Positions 21,759 through 33,883 of a DNA stretch of 64,000 nt are shown piece after piece. The position numbers and the translations under genes are program-made. Within the stretch, counting starts at the first letter, position 1. Each line of letters starts with the position of its first letter. Below the pieces are notes generated by a model. That model was not told where the DNA came from. It saw nothing but the letters and a program-made list of their open reading frames with translations, and did no database searches. The DNA is from Alphaproteobacteria bacterium (GTDB lineage Bacteria > Pseudomonadota > Alphaproteobacteria > G965222575): the NCBI GenBank assembly GCA_965222575.1, contig OZ244958.1, positions 256,001 to 320,000 of the forward strand. The letters run 5' to 3'.

Positions 21759-23444
21759 CTATCCCATAATGCGTAACACTTCCTCTAAAGAAGTCTCCCC
21801 CCGCCCCACCGCCGCAAGCCCATAATCCAAAAATGTCCGATACCCCTCTTTCAGACCTTCCTGTACCAACTCTCCTTCCGTAGGAGAAGACAAAAGGCAT
21901 TGCCTCAACCCATGAGTCATCACAAAAATCTCCCCAATAGCAAACCGCCCGCGATACCCTATCCCCTGACAACTTTCACACCCCACCGCTTGACAGCCTC
22001 TCTCTAAAACCTCTGTATGGGTAAGCTCCTTAAGCCTTTCCAAAACAGAAGAATCAAAAACCTCCTCCCGCTTACAGTCCTCACAGAGCTTTCTCACAAG
22101 CCTCTGCGAGGTCGCCGCTTGAATTGTAGAAGCCATAATGTAATCCTTTACCCCCATATTCAATAGACGAATTAGTGCTCCCGGTGCTGAGTTGGTATGG
22201 AGTGTCGACAACACAAGATGACCTGTGAGTGCGGCTTGTGCGGCTATGGTAGCTGTGTGAACATCCCGTATCTCTCCTATCAGGATAATGTCCGGGTCGT
22301 GCCTCAAAATAGAGGGGAGTATATTGCGAAACGTCAATCCTGCCGCTTCATTAACCTGTACCTGTGTCAACCCCTCTAACTGGTACTCCACGGGGTCTTC
22401 TACTGTGACGATTTTCTTCTCTAAAGACCATATCTTTTGTACCCCTCCATATAAAGTGGTGGTCTTCCCAGCACCCGTAGGGCCTGTCACAAGAATAAGA
22501 CCATGACTCTTCTGTAAAGCCTGCACAAGACTCAAGCACATCGTCTTATCAAACCCTAAGGCTTCAAGGTCTAAAATGCGCTTCTCGGGATTTAAGAGCC
22601 GTAAAGAAATATCTTCCCCCTTAGAAGACGGAATAGTGCTCACGCGAATGTCTACTTTCTTAGACTGAACCACTAAAGAAAACCCACCATCCTGCGGACG
22701 TCTTCTCTCTGCTATATCCAAGCGCGCCAAAATCTTCAGGCGTGACACAATGGCCGGATAGTCCTCCATGCGTAACACCTCTTGCCTGTGTAGCACCCCA
22801 TCCACACGATAACGCACCTCTACCTCTTCCTCCCTAGGCTCTATATGCAAATCAGACGCATTCATCGCAACCCCCGCTTTAATCAAATCATTCACCTTAC
22901 GCACAATAGGGGCTTCAAAGGCTAAATCCTTCAAAGCCGTAGCATCTAAAACAGGAATTGCTTGTGCTTCCTTTGCTTCTTCACGAGATGCCGCAGGAAA
23001 ATGTTTCGCCAAAAAATGCTGAATGTCCCCTCTAGTGGCTAGATAAATCTGTCCTTTGCGGGCTTTTTTGCGAATCATATCCACTAGCCCCTCGTCCTCC
23101 GGGTCGCTCAACACATACCCATAAACTGCCGACCCCGTTTTCTGACAGGTACGCTTAATAGGCAAAATATGATTCGCCCGTAAAAAAGCAGGCGGTAACA
23201 CAGTCTCCTTATGCACAACCCCTCTTCTATCCCAAATCTTATAGTCCGTCACTTGACAAAAAGCCTCATGGAGACTCGCTTCTTCAACAGCCCCCATCTC
23301 TACTAAAGAAGCCCCCAAAGGCTTGTGGGTATAAGAAGAAAGGGCGTAAGCCCCCTCAAGAGTTGTTCGATGCAACGACACCTTCGCTAAAAGAGGCTCT
23401 AAAAAAGGGGGCCGTGGGCGCTCTTGCTTCAATCCCTTAAACAT
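21759..23444 (-). CDS. gspE: Type II secretion ATPase E
   Basis: ASDLHIEP, RRRPQDG, TGPTGAGKTTT, EDPVEY, GHLVLSTLH, tetra-Cys. Confidence 0.9.
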   Translation of the reverse strand: MFKGLKQERPRPPFLEPLLAKVSLHRTTLEGAYALSSYTHKPLGASLVEMGAVEEASLHEAFCQVTDYKIWDRRGVVHKETVLPPAFLRANHILPIKRTCQKTGSAVYGYVLSDPEDEGLVDMIRKKARKGQIYLATRGDIQHFLAKHFPAASREEAKEAQAIPVLDATALKDLAFEAPIVRKVNDLIKAGVAMNASDLHIEPREEEVEVRYRVDGVLHRQEVLRMEDYPAIVSRLKILARLDIAERRRPQDGGFSLVVQSKKVDIRVSTIPSSKGEDISLRLLNPEKRILDLEALGFDKTMCLSLVQALQKSHGLILVTGPTGAGKTTTLYGGVQKIWSLEKKIVTVEDPVEYQLEGLTQVQVNEAAGLTFRNILPSILRHDPDIILIGEIRDVHTATIAAQAALTGHLVLSTLHTNSAPGALIRLLNMGVKDYIMASTIQAATSQRLVRKLCEDCKREEVFDSSVLERLKELTHTEVLERGCQAVGCESCQGIGYRGRFAIGEIFVMTHGLRQCLLSSPTEGELVQEGLKEGYRTFLDYGLAAVGRGETSLEEVLRIMG

Positions 23445-23852
23445 TCACCAATTCCCTATGTCTTCCGCAATATCACTCCCCCCCTCCTTCCCATCAGCCC
23501 CAAAGGAAAATAAGTCATAATCCACCCCTACAACACCGGGATACTTATAAATATAGTCCTGTCCCCAAGGGTCTTTCGGAATAGAAATCTCCTTTATATA
23601 AGGACCAAACCACCCTGCTGCACCGTCAGGCTTCATAATCAACGCCTTCAACCCCTCTTCTGAGGAAGGATACCGCCCCGTATCAAGATGGTAAATATCC
23701 AACGCACTTGATAAAAGCTTGACTTGTAGCTTCGCAGCTCTCATTTTCGATTGATCCAGTTGGGAAAATAAACGCGGCGTCACCATCACAGCTAAAACTG
23801 CTATAATCGCCACCACAATCATCATCTCAATAAAGGTAAACCCCTTAAACAT
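23445..23852 (-). CDS. gspG: Type II secretion major pseudopilin G
   Basis: GFTFIEMM, YHLDTGRYP, GPY, PKDPWG, SFGADG. Confidence 0.93.
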   Translation of the reverse strand: MFKGFTFIEMMIVVAIIAVLAVMVTPRLFSQLDQSKMRAAKLQVKLLSSALDIYHLDTGRYPSSEEGLKALIMKPDGAAGWFGPYIKEISIPKDPWGQDYIYKYPGVVGVDYDLFSFGADGKEGGSDIAEDIGNW

Positions 23853-23902
23853 GAACTCTTAAACTCCTATCAACAGGAGGCATTGTGTTTTTAACAGAGC
23901 TA

Positions 23903-24358
23903 TTATGGTACAACATGAACAGTGCCTCTTAAAGGATGAATGTATAAAATCCTTTTTTTGCCCCTATTTTTGATTTCTAACGCCCCCGCTGTTGCCGTTC
24001 CAGAAGGATACAAATAGGTAAAAAGATGCCCCTCAAGATAAGGGGAAGGCGGGGGGTACAAAAGCCCCACCTTATCAGAGGAAAGAAAGGGAAAACGAGC
24101 CCCGTCATTTTGATTCACCAGCGCCCCCTGAGACAACGTGATAAATTGCGGTTGCCCAGAATTGTAAGCCTTGTTGCGTTGCTCTTCTAAAAAAAACACA
24201 ACAGGGTCTTGACCCCTAGGCGGAGAGTAACGCGGAAGCATTACCATCAATCCAAGACCGATAATGCCTAACACAATCATCATCTCTATTAAAGTAAAGC
24301 CCTTCGGTCTCAGGTTGCCTCTTGTCATTGTGCGTGTCTTCCTCTTCCAGTTCACCAT
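23903..24358 (-). CDS. Prepilin-type minor pseudopilin (GspH-like)
   Basis: KGFTLIEMMIVL prepilin motif next to gspG. Confidence 0.75.
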   Translation of the reverse strand: MVNWKRKTRTMTRGNLRPKGFTLIEMMIVLGIIGLGLMVMLPRYSPPRGQDPVVFFLEEQRNKAYNSGQPQFITLSQGALVNQNDGARFPFLSSDKVGLLYPPPSPYLEGHLFTYLYPSGTATAGALEIKNRGKKRILYIHPLRGTVHVVP

Positions 24359-24549
24359 GTTAGACTCTCAAGAGATTCTAACGCCTTCCTCTGAAGGGGT
24401 TAGTGTGCCTAGTCCTTTTATACTATTGAGGGGAGGGAATTGTCTACTGCTAGACGACTTGTTTGCCCCCCCCACCCTATTACAACTAGCCAACAAGAGA
24501 CTGTGCCGCTCAAAGACTGAGGCTTCCCTCTTGAGAAAATCGTTTCTTT

Positions 24550-25845
24550 TTATGAGGCTAACAGGACTTTGTGCTGTTTTTTTCCTACAGAGAGTTTGGC
24601 TTTTTGATGGGTAAAATCTCCCAGTGACACTGTGTGGGTAAAGGCAGAGACTACAACATCATTCAGGCGTACCCCCCCGCCTTGTATCAGCGTTCGCCCT
24701 TTTGAATTCGAGTCAACCAGCGCTGCAAGACGCAAGACCTCCAATATAGAAATCCCCTTTTCTAAGGTGTTTTTATCAATTGGCACCATAGTAGAGGTAT
24801 CTCCTTCTTTTTTTTCAAAGAGCGTCGCCGCATCACGTGCTGCTTGGCAAGCGGCTTCTCTACCATGTAAAAGAGCAGTAGCCTCATGAGCAAGACGTTT
24901 TTTCCCTTCATTGAGTTCTGCTCCTTTCAAAGAGCCAAGACGTTGACATTCTGATATGTCAAGTTCCGTAAAAAGTAACAAGAAACGCAAGACATCTTCA
25001 TCGTCCACATTACGCCAATACTGCCAATAGTCATAAGGAGAGACAAGGTCTCGTTGAAGCCAAACAGCTCCTTTTTGTGTTTTGCCCATTTTGCTCCCAT
25101 CAGCCGTTGTGACAAGAGGAGAAGTAAAAGCGTACAGACTAGCCTTTTCTATTCGTCTCCCCATTTCTACGCCGAACACAATATTGCCCCACTGGTCTGC
25201 TCCTCCCATTTGTAAGCGACAATTGTAGCGGCGATAAAGCTCTACAAAATCGTAGGCTTGTAAGAGGACATAGTTAAACTCCAGAAAGCTTAGCTGCTGT
25301 TCCCGCTTGAGACGTTCTTGCACAGAGTGTAGCGTGAGCATCTTATTGACAGAAAAGCCATAACCAAAGTCTCTTAAGAATGTGAGATATCCTTTATCAT
25401 TTAGCCAATCCTTATTGTTGACCATAAGGACGGAAGAGAAAAACCTGTTGAGTTGCTCCTCTAAACGCAGGCGGTTATGAGTGATGGTCTTTTCATCGAG
25501 AAGAGAGCGTGTTTTATCATGTCCTGAAGGGTCTCCTAATAAGGTTGTGGCTTCCCCTAAGAGCAGAATCGGGGCGTTGCCAGTGTTCTGAAACCACCGC
25601 AACATCATAAGAGATAAAAGGCTTCCTATGTGTAGGCTCTCCGCTGTACAGTCAAACCCTATATAGCCTGACATCTTGCCCTTAAGGAGCAGGCTGTCCA
25701 ACTCTTCCAGATGCACACTTTGATAGAGGAATCCCCTCTTCTGCATCATGTGTAGGAAATCACTTTTGCAACAATAGGTCATAGAGGTAACACGTGCTAA
25801 AACGCTCTCAGGATACTGCTTATGGTCATGTTTTTCAAGAGGCAA
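24550..25845 (-). CDS. tyrS: Tyrosine--tRNA ligase
   Basis: YIGFDCTAESLHIGS, QMGGADQWGNI, KMGKT, S4 tail; true start probably near 25782. Confidence 0.97.
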   Translation of the reverse strand: MPLEKHDHKQYPESVLARVTSMTYCCKSDFLHMMQKRGFLYQSVHLEELDSLLLKGKMSGYIGFDCTAESLHIGSLLSLMMLRWFQNTGNAPILLLGEATTLLGDPSGHDKTRSLLDEKTITHNRLRLEEQLNRFFSSVLMVNNKDWLNDKGYLTFLRDFGYGFSVNKMLTLHSVQERLKREQQLSFLEFNYVLLQAYDFVELYRRYNCRLQMGGADQWGNIVFGVEMGRRIEKASLYAFTSPLVTTADGSKMGKTQKGAVWLQRDLVSPYDYWQYWRNVDDEDVLRFLLLFTELDISECQRLGSLKGAELNEGKKRLAHEATALLHGREAACQAARDAATLFEKKEGDTSTMVPIDKNTLEKGISILEVLRLAALVDSNSKGRTLIQGGGVRLNDVVVSAFTHTVSLGDFTHQKAKLSVGKKQHKVLLAS

Positions 25846-26027
25846 GCAAGTGTCTTTAAGAAATAGCGCGTTATTCCTGAGGGAATCATGGGGGGGGTTA
25901 GGCAGGGGGTTAGAGGGTGCTAGAGGGTGGGATACTTTGTGTGTTTGAGGCTCATGTAGCGTAAAGTTCTCACTTGCTTTTGTCTCTTTTTGTTTGTAGT
26001 CTTTTGTTTTGAGATAACGGCCCCCCC

Positions 26028-26153
26028 ATGAAAGTTAAGAATTCCCTCAAATCGCTAAAAAATCGTCATGCGGCGTGTAAAGTGATTCGTCGCCGTGGTC
26101 GTCTTATGGTCATTAACAAGATGAACCCGAAATTCAAAGCCCGTCAAGGCTAG
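26028..26153 (+). CDS. rpmJ: 50S ribosomal protein L36 (zinc-free type B)
   Basis: Manual translation [41 protein letters not shown]; below ORF-track cutoff. Confidence 0.95.
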   Translation: MKVKNSLKSLKNRHAACKVIRRRGRLMVINKMNPKFKARQG

Positions 26154-26286
26154 GGGTTGTGGTAGAAGCCGCACCGGGTGAACGTTTCTTTCTTCCGCAT
26201 AAGTACCGCCGGAAATCTCCACAATTGCTCTCTGTGGGAGGAAATTAAGAATTGTAAATTTGGGAAAGAATTGTGGTAAAAAAAAA

Positions 26287-28044
<1,758 letters not shown>

Positions 28045-28048
<4 letters not shown>

Positions 28049-29037
28049 CCACGCCTCCTCTGTGGGACTTCCGCTTCAATCTCTGTCCGCCATCCTGCCC
28101 CAGCACTTAGCCGCTGAGTCACTTTACTTACCAGCCACAACCCACTTGCCTCACTAAAGGGCGGAGGGTCTAGCCTCATTGGGGATAGAGCAAAAATGTC
28201 TCCGCGCCCCAATATTGTAACTCTCAGAGATTGTCCCTTGCGCCTTAGGGCAGAGAGTTTGGACTCCGCTTGTGCGTGCGCCTCTTTTTGTGATTCCAAA
28301 ATAGTCGGCAACCGGTAAATAGGCGTCCCCGTGCCCGCTTTTTCCACTTTCTCCGCCGCCGCCTCAATATCCCACCATCTTGCCTCCACCGCCCCATACC
28401 TCGGCGCCCCTACTGCTCTATGCTCTACAGACAATATCTCCTCCGTCTTTAAGGCTATTTCTGGCAAAGGCTCTCCTTTAAGTGACACACTCTCATGGGG
28501 CATGATAATGATTTTTCCCTTATCAGGTGTTGGCGCCTGTGGACGAATCACCAAAGAAGTCCATTCCGCTAAACGCTTCAAAAACGCTAACTCTGTCTCA
28601 TTGTCTTGAACAATATGCTCAATCTTATGCACTGGTACTTGAGGGGCAACCTCAAGTTTAAGGTCATTCTCAACAGCAATCTCACCTACAATGTCACGGA
28701 GAGTCTTCTCCGTGAATGTGCGCGTCTTTCGTTCCTTCAGTCTACCCAACAGACCTATAGAGGACGCTGTAATACGCAAACGCCGCGGAGGGGAAGAACG
28801 CATTATCTCCTCTACTCTATAAACCCCTTGCTTTATCACCCCTGCTTCTTTCGTACCAAGTGCCACTGTCAAGGGTTGGTCTTTTAATGTTGCCGTAAAA
28901 GCCGACAACACTAGCTCTAAGCGGTCTGATTGGTCGCCCTTCTCCTCATACAGAACAAGAGACTGAAAAGAGGGGCGGAGTTTCTCTGTAATATCTTCTG
29001 CGCCTTTCACAATACGAAAATCTGGTGTACTCACCAT
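28045..29037 (-). CDS. P2 gpD-like tail hub/late control protein
   Basis: TPDFRI, SDRLELVL, QDNETELAFLKRLA; follows gpX. Confidence 0.85.
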
Positions 29038-29267
29038 AAGGCTTCCTCCTCTGGTGCTGTCGGTAAAGACAACGGCGGCAAAGTCAGCATTGTCCCAGCA
29101 GCTAGCTGCCCAGCAACTAGTTGCCCAGCGGCTAGTTGCCCTGTCTGTGTATCAAGATGGGGGTTGGCTTTAAGGACAAGCTCTAGGATGCCACCCTCAA
29201 GTGTGCCGTAATGACGCATGACAATCTCGTCAATACGCTCGGGGAAAGGGACAATATAGGTACTCAT
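29031..29267 (-). CDS. P2 gpX-like tail protein (copy 1)
   Basis: RIDEIVMRHYG..VLKANPHL, C-terminal LW; contains a 15-bp triplication. Confidence 0.85.
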   Translation of the reverse strand: MSTYIVPFPERIDEIVMRHYGTLEGGILELVLKANPHLDTQTGQLAAGQLVAGQLAAGTMLTLPPLSLPTAPEEEALW

Positions 29268-29277
29268 TGGGGTTGCC

Positions 29278-29652
29278 TCAAAAGACTTGTTTTAGTGTGA
29301 TATCAAAAAGGATTCGTTTTGGGTGTCCTTGCTCATTAAAATAGGATTCTGTTCGGTTAACATCAGTAATCACCCAAGACCCCATAGTACTGCCATCTCC
29401 TGCCGTTAACGTCTGGGGCGTACCTTCTGAGGCAATTCCAACCAGACGGGGCATCTGTCCTAGACCGCCTGTGTGATGAGGGTATAGAGTGCCACTTAGC
29501 CGCATTGTTGTTTCCCCTTCCCCTAAGTATTGATATACGGGCTTATCCCCAAGTCCTACTACGCCATGCCATCTCCACTTGTGATTGGTAGTACGCTCAC
29601 CGAAAGATGCTGTATCCGCGTCAAATCTAAACTCTCCAAGTGCCATCTCCAT
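29278..29652 (-). CDS. P2 gpU-like tail protein
   Basis: MALGEFRF, QYLGEG, LSGTLYP, GDG..MGSWVI. Confidence 0.88.
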   Translation of the reverse strand: MEMALGEFRFDADTASFGERTTNHKWRWHGVVGLGDKPVYQYLGEGETTMRLSGTLYPHHTGGLGQMPRLVGIASEGTPQTLTAGDGSTMGSWVITDVNRTESYFNEQGHPKRILFDITLKQVF

Positions 29653-29654
29653 AA

Positions 29655-31262
29655 TTATTGCCCTGCCCCGTCAAAGTAAGAGGTTTCCTGCCGCTCTATT
29701 TCCACCAGTACCCGCTTGGCTAATGCCTCGCCGTCTTCCCCTTCCGCTTGGGTAATGTTGATTGTGTTGGCGTGGGTTATGGTCTGAGGGCTCGCTTGTG
29801 TTGCTTGAACAGTGGTACTAGGGACTGACGGCAACGAGGCGGGAGATGCTGTAGCTATGTCACTAGTGACACCACTAGTGGCGCCACTAGTGGCTATGGT
29901 GGCAGCAGTTAAAGTAGTGGCGGCGAGAGGTTTTATGGCACCTGAAAATCCTTTGCCAAAGCGCGTGGTATCCCCCCCTTCAAAGAATTTCGATAACCAC
30001 TTAATGGGGGTGCTTATTTTCTCCCACCCTTTTTCAATACTGCCGAAAAATCCTACCATAGCCCCAGTGGCTAAGGCCGCTGCCACCCCTACCACTTTGA
30101 AAATGCGCCATAACAACCCCAAGACTTTCACACCCCGCCCAAGTGGAGTCAAATTAAAGGCAAGAATAAGCCCTGTGAGCCCCACAGTAAGGACGCGTGT
30201 CAACACAATGCCAGTCTTAAATGCTGCCCAAAGTGCAACAACCGCTGCTACTACGGTGCCTGTCAGCACAGAAATCAGCCGCGAAAAAGCTTCTCCTAGT
30301 ACGGCTACACCACCAGATAGCTTGCCTAACATCTTCGAAGTGATGGAAATGTCGGGCAAGAATGACATAGTGGTATTTTGAAGGATTTGTTTGAAGTTGT
30401 TTTTTGTCTCCTGCCAGCGTCCCCATGTGGATATTATGTATTTCTCATAGGTTTCTTCTAAGTCCTTCTCACTCTTTCGCACAGCTTTTAGACTTGAAGT
30501 GAACATCTCTAAGTTTTCTATGAGGAGACCCAAGCCCTTTTTGCCTTCGTCTCCAAAGAGTTTTTGCAATAAACCCTCCCGCTCATGGGCTTTCATCCCA
30601 CCCACTTGCTCCTTAAGTCCTTGTAGTGTACTCACAAAATCCAACATGCTTTCTTTATCGCGAACAATCTGAAATCCTAATTCTTCACTTGCTCTGTTCA
30701 TTTGACGCAACATGGCATTAAACGCTGTGCCTGATATTGAGCTTTTAAGCCCTGCGTTATGAAGTTGTTTAATTGTTGTAACTATGATATCAAGTGGTAC
30801 TTTCATGCCCGCGGCTTCGGCACCTGCCATTTTCATCCCTTCCCCAAGCCCGCTAGCGGGGTACCCACTAGTGGGAGATGCTTTAGGTGCTCGGTGTCGC
30901 ATCCCTCCCCCCATTCTCCTCTTTGTTTTTTCAGCTACTCGTCCTAAGTCTTGATGTTGTGTCTTAAGTTTGCTCAATGACAATCCATAGTGCTGTGCTT
31001 TGAATTGCACTTTTTGATACCCCATTGTCAATTTTGTCAATTCCGCACTATACTGCTCGTTTGCTCCGGTCTTTTGTTTTTTTGTTAACAAGGGAAGCTC
31101 TGTTTTCAACTCCATTAGCTTTGCTACCTGTGAGCGCTTTTCAATCTCTTTCATTGCCGTGCCTAGTTGACGCATTGATTGACTGCTACGCGCTAATGTC
31201 TTATAATACGAATTATCAAGTGTCGCACCAATGACTAACCCTACCCGACCAACTTCCGACAT
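29655..31262 (-). CDS. Tail tape measure protein, probably internally deleted
   Basis: Position; NAGLKSSISGTAF..LFGDEG core; first half of the usual core appears absent. Confidence 0.75.
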   Translation of the reverse strand: MSEVGRVGLVIGATLDNSYYKTLARSSQSMRQLGTAMKEIEKRSQVAKLMELKTELPLLTKKQKTGANEQYSAELTKLTMGYQKVQFKAQHYGLSLSKLKTQHQDLGRVAEKTKRRMGGGMRHRAPKASPTSGYPASGLGEGMKMAGAEAAGMKVPLDIIVTTIKQLHNAGLKSSISGTAFNAMLRQMNRASEELGFQIVRDKESMLDFVSTLQGLKEQVGGMKAHEREGLLQKLFGDEGKKGLGLLIENLEMFTSSLKAVRKSEKDLEETYEKYIISTWGRWQETKNNFKQILQNTTMSFLPDISITSKMLGKLSGGVAVLGEAFSRLISVLTGTVVAAVVALWAAFKTGIVLTRVLTVGLTGLILAFNLTPLGRGVKVLGLLWRIFKVVGVAAALATGAMVGFFGSIEKGWEKISTPIKWLSKFFEGGDTTRFGKGFSGAIKPLAATTLTAATIATSGATSGVTSDIATASPASLPSVPSTTVQATQASPQTITHANTINITQAEGEDGEALAKRVLVEIERQETSYFDGAGQ

Positions 31263-31614
31263 GCCCTCTTACCTCACAGGACTCAAATGCCGTGCCGACA
31301 TCGCAGGCAGCGTTACCCCTATAATAATATGCCTATTCTTCTTCTGCTTTTTACTTGTTTTCTTGCCCATTACACTGCTCTTTACTATGGAAGGAAGTCT
31401 CCTTGAAAAAATAAGTGTAGCAGGGACAGGGGTGCTGGTGATGGGTGCTTTTTTTGCCCTGACACTACAGGTTCTTGCAGTTGTGTTTGATGTGCATTGT
31501 AAGCTCGCAACACCGGGCTCTTTTTCATATATTACAGGATACACTCTGTATTTCCTCAGTGAACTCACTCTCATCTTTCCACTCCTCTTTCACGTCTTAA
31601 AATCTCGCAAATAA
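31231..31614 (+). CDS. Small multi-TM membrane protein (moron-like, reverse orientation)
   Basis: About 3 hydrophobic segments; fills gap between chaperone and tape measure genes. Confidence 0.55.
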   Translation: MTNPTRPTSDMPSYLTGLKCRADIAGSVTPIIICLFFFCFLLVFLPITLLFTMEGSLLEKISVAGTGVLVMGAFFALTLQVLAVVFDVHCKLATPGSFSYITGYTLYFLSELTLIFPLLFHVLKSRK

Positions 31615-31971
31615 TCTTCCAGTACTTAAGCGCCTCCTCAAGGGGTAGGCTCTTGATTTCCCATAACGTAAAGCCTGTCTTAAGCCCTAAGGATGCCACT
31701 AACTTCTGCACCTCCCCCCCTCTTAGGACAAAAAATCCACGGCCACCTTCTGTATTTTCCCCCAATCCCCCATGTCTATCATCTCAAGAGCCGATGAGGG
31801 CAACCCTGAGAGTACCGATATCAGTGTAAGTTCCCGTTTTGTATCTGATTTTACCGCATCAAGCTTGAGGATATCCCCTACCAATGGACGCCGTAACGAC
31901 ACCTCTCTCACCTCATTCCCATCTAAAGTAATGGGATATTTTAGTGCTATGGTTGTAGTCGTTGTAGTCAT
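31571..31971 (-). CDS. Tail assembly chaperone gpE (31723-31971) with -1 frameshift extension E' (to 31571)
   Basis: LRRPLVGD..DMGDW; TTTTTTG at 31729-31735 just before the stop with open -1 frame. Confidence 0.85.
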
Positions 31972-31987
31972 ATAAAAAACCTCCTAT

Positions 31988-32485
31988 TTATGCTCCTAGT
32001 GCTGTTTGTACTGTTTCAAGGAGGTTTTTACCTCCAATGTTTTTGACGTTGTTTTCAATGTCAATCTCAAGTGCCACCTGTCCAGCTTTCGTCAGCTTAA
32101 TGTACCTCGTGTCTAACGTAATCTTCGTCTCAGCCATCTCCCCATCCTGCCAAGAGCCAAACTCCACTTGCGTTATCCGCCCCCGTATACTCACTACCAC
32201 AGCATCAATAGCACTGCCTCCGCCTACTGCTCCCCGTATCACAAGTCCTACATTCTTGCCTTGGTCTATCCCATAAGACGACAACATTGACGCCGACAAC
32301 TCCCCTAATGTAATCACAGTCTCCATAGCCTGCATACCCACCGCAACCTTTACAGGTGCCCCCATGCCAAACCCGCGATAATCCTGCGTCTCCTCCGCTA
32401 TAGTCGGTAAATCTACCGACTTAACCTTGCTCTCTAATGCCGTCCCCTCAAAATGTGCCGAAAATGATGTAAGTGGTTTGCTCAT
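31988..32485 (-). CDS. Major tail tube protein (P2 FII-like)
   Basis: YRGFGM, IRGA, GRI..VEFGSWQDG, EIDIEN. Confidence 0.9.
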   Translation of the reverse strand: MSKPLTSFSAHFEGTALESKVKSVDLPTIAEETQDYRGFGMGAPVKVAVGMQAMETVITLGELSASMLSSYGIDQGKNVGLVIRGAVGGGSAIDAVVVSIRGRITQVEFGSWQDGEMAETKITLDTRYIKLTKAGQVALEIDIENNVKNIGGKNLLETVQTALGA

Positions 32486-32501
32486 AGTCTTCTCCTATAT
32501 C

Positions 32502-33881
32502 TTATAATATCTCCGTGTAATAGCCTTTGTTACGCACCGCTCTAAAGGTTATCCGTTCAACTGGCGCCGCAGGCTCAAAGTCAAAATCTACAACCAAATG
32601 ACCCCTCTGTAACGCCTCACCATCATTGGCCTCCGGGTCTATTTTCGCCGTGCCGCCCAAAATCGCCCCTTGTGTCTTCAAACGCCTTAGGTATTCATTG
32701 AGATTCTCCCCAATATCATAAATTAAGTTAGCACTAAACGGCTTGTCCACTGCCCAATACTGACCCGCTTCTATAGCATCATAAATCGCATCCGCCGTCC
32801 GCCTCACTGCCAAAAACTGCCACCGACTATCAGTCCCCGTAGTCTGATTGCCCCATAAGCGATATCCGCCTCTGTAAATAATAGTGGCCACATTGCCAGC
32901 GTTTAATTGATTCGCCTCAGAATTGGGACTCTGAGGGTTAAAGCCTATGACACGGGATGTCCCCACAATGCCCATTATCTCCTGATTACTCGGACTATGC
33001 CAAAAGCCTAACGCCGCATCAGTCTTGGCAATCAACCCCGCCACAAATGGAGATATGGGGGCGTTACTCGTCTGCCCGTCTGCCGTTAACACCGATGCAT
33101 AGGGGTCTACTACAAACAACCTGTCTGAAGTGAAGTCAGCGGCGTGACGAAGAGCGTCCGCTATTGTGGTATTAGGGGAATCACTCACCACCACGCCACG
33201 CAAACCGCGTGCCACATCCAATAAAGCACTTGTAATAGCGTTGCCTTTATTAGTAACAGTCGCCGTTAGTGTCGCACCACTGCCCCCGCCTCCCGATAAA
33301 GCAATTGTCGGCGTACTGGTATAGCCATAACCCGCGTTTGTAATGGTGATTTTTGTAATCTTGCCACTTTTCACTTCTGCTGTGGCTGTCGCCCCCGCTC
33401 CACCGCCACCTGAAAAAGAAATGGTCGGCGCTGAAGTATAAGATGACCCCGCTCCTGTAATAGATATGTCTGATACTATGCCATGCCGTACCCCTAAATA
33501 AGACGGCGCAATGAATATCTTAGGCGGACTCTCCACTGAACGCAAAAACGCATATGCCCCCGTCTGTGCACTTTTAGACCCCAGCAATGTTGTGATTTGT
33601 GCCACTGCTGTTTGCTTTGGCTCTACCCGTACTACCACAATAGGACTGCGGACTTGTGCGAAAATATGCCGAATGGAGGAAAGAAGTGTGCCTGCTGTTC
33701 CAAGTTTTTCAGCTTGTTGTATGGTGCGTACCACAACAGGGCGATTTAACGGGTAGGCGTCATTATCCGCCTCCGCCGCAGTCCCCAAAATGCCTATGGT
33801 TGATGTGGAAAGAGTGGCAAGCGCAGGGGCTCCCCGTTCCAGTTGGACGACTTCTGTTCCATGAAGATATTGCGTGGTCAT
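32502..33881 (-). CDS. Contractile tail sheath (P2 FI-like) with inserted repeat domain
   Basis: YLHGTEV, GFWHSPSN, GYRLWGN, FLAVRRT, WAVDKP. Confidence 0.92.
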   Translation of the reverse strand: MTTQYLHGTEVVQLERGAPALATLSTSTIGILGTAAEADNDAYPLNRPVVVRTIQQAEKLGTAGTLLSSIRHIFAQVRSPIVVVRVEPKQTAVAQITTLLGSKSAQTGAYAFLRSVESPPKIFIAPSYLGVRHGIVSDISITGAGSSYTSAPTISFSGGGGAGATATAEVKSGKITKITITNAGYGYTSTPTIALSGGGGSGATLTATVTNKGNAITSALLDVARGLRGVVVSDSPNTTIADALRHAADFTSDRLFVVDPYASVLTADGQTSNAPISPFVAGLIAKTDAALGFWHSPSNQEIMGIVGTSRVIGFNPQSPNSEANQLNAGNVATIIYRGGYRLWGNQTTGTDSRWQFLAVRRTADAIYDAIEAGQYWAVDKPFSANLIYDIGENLNEYLRRLKTQGAILGGTAKIDPEANDGEALQRGHLVVDFDFEPAAPVERITFRAVRNKGYYTEIL

Positions 33882-33883
33882 AA

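Noticed and set aside
20597-24358. Partial T2SS cluster as a novel minimal secretion system
   Set aside because: The other gsp genes may lie elsewhere in the genome; cannot be judged from this window.
26155-26225. tRNA/tmRNA-like 3' end (minus strand GTTCACCCGGTGCGGCTTCTACCA) as an att duplicate
   Set aside because: Does not match tRNA-Val or tRNA-Met here well enough; would need an Rfam search.
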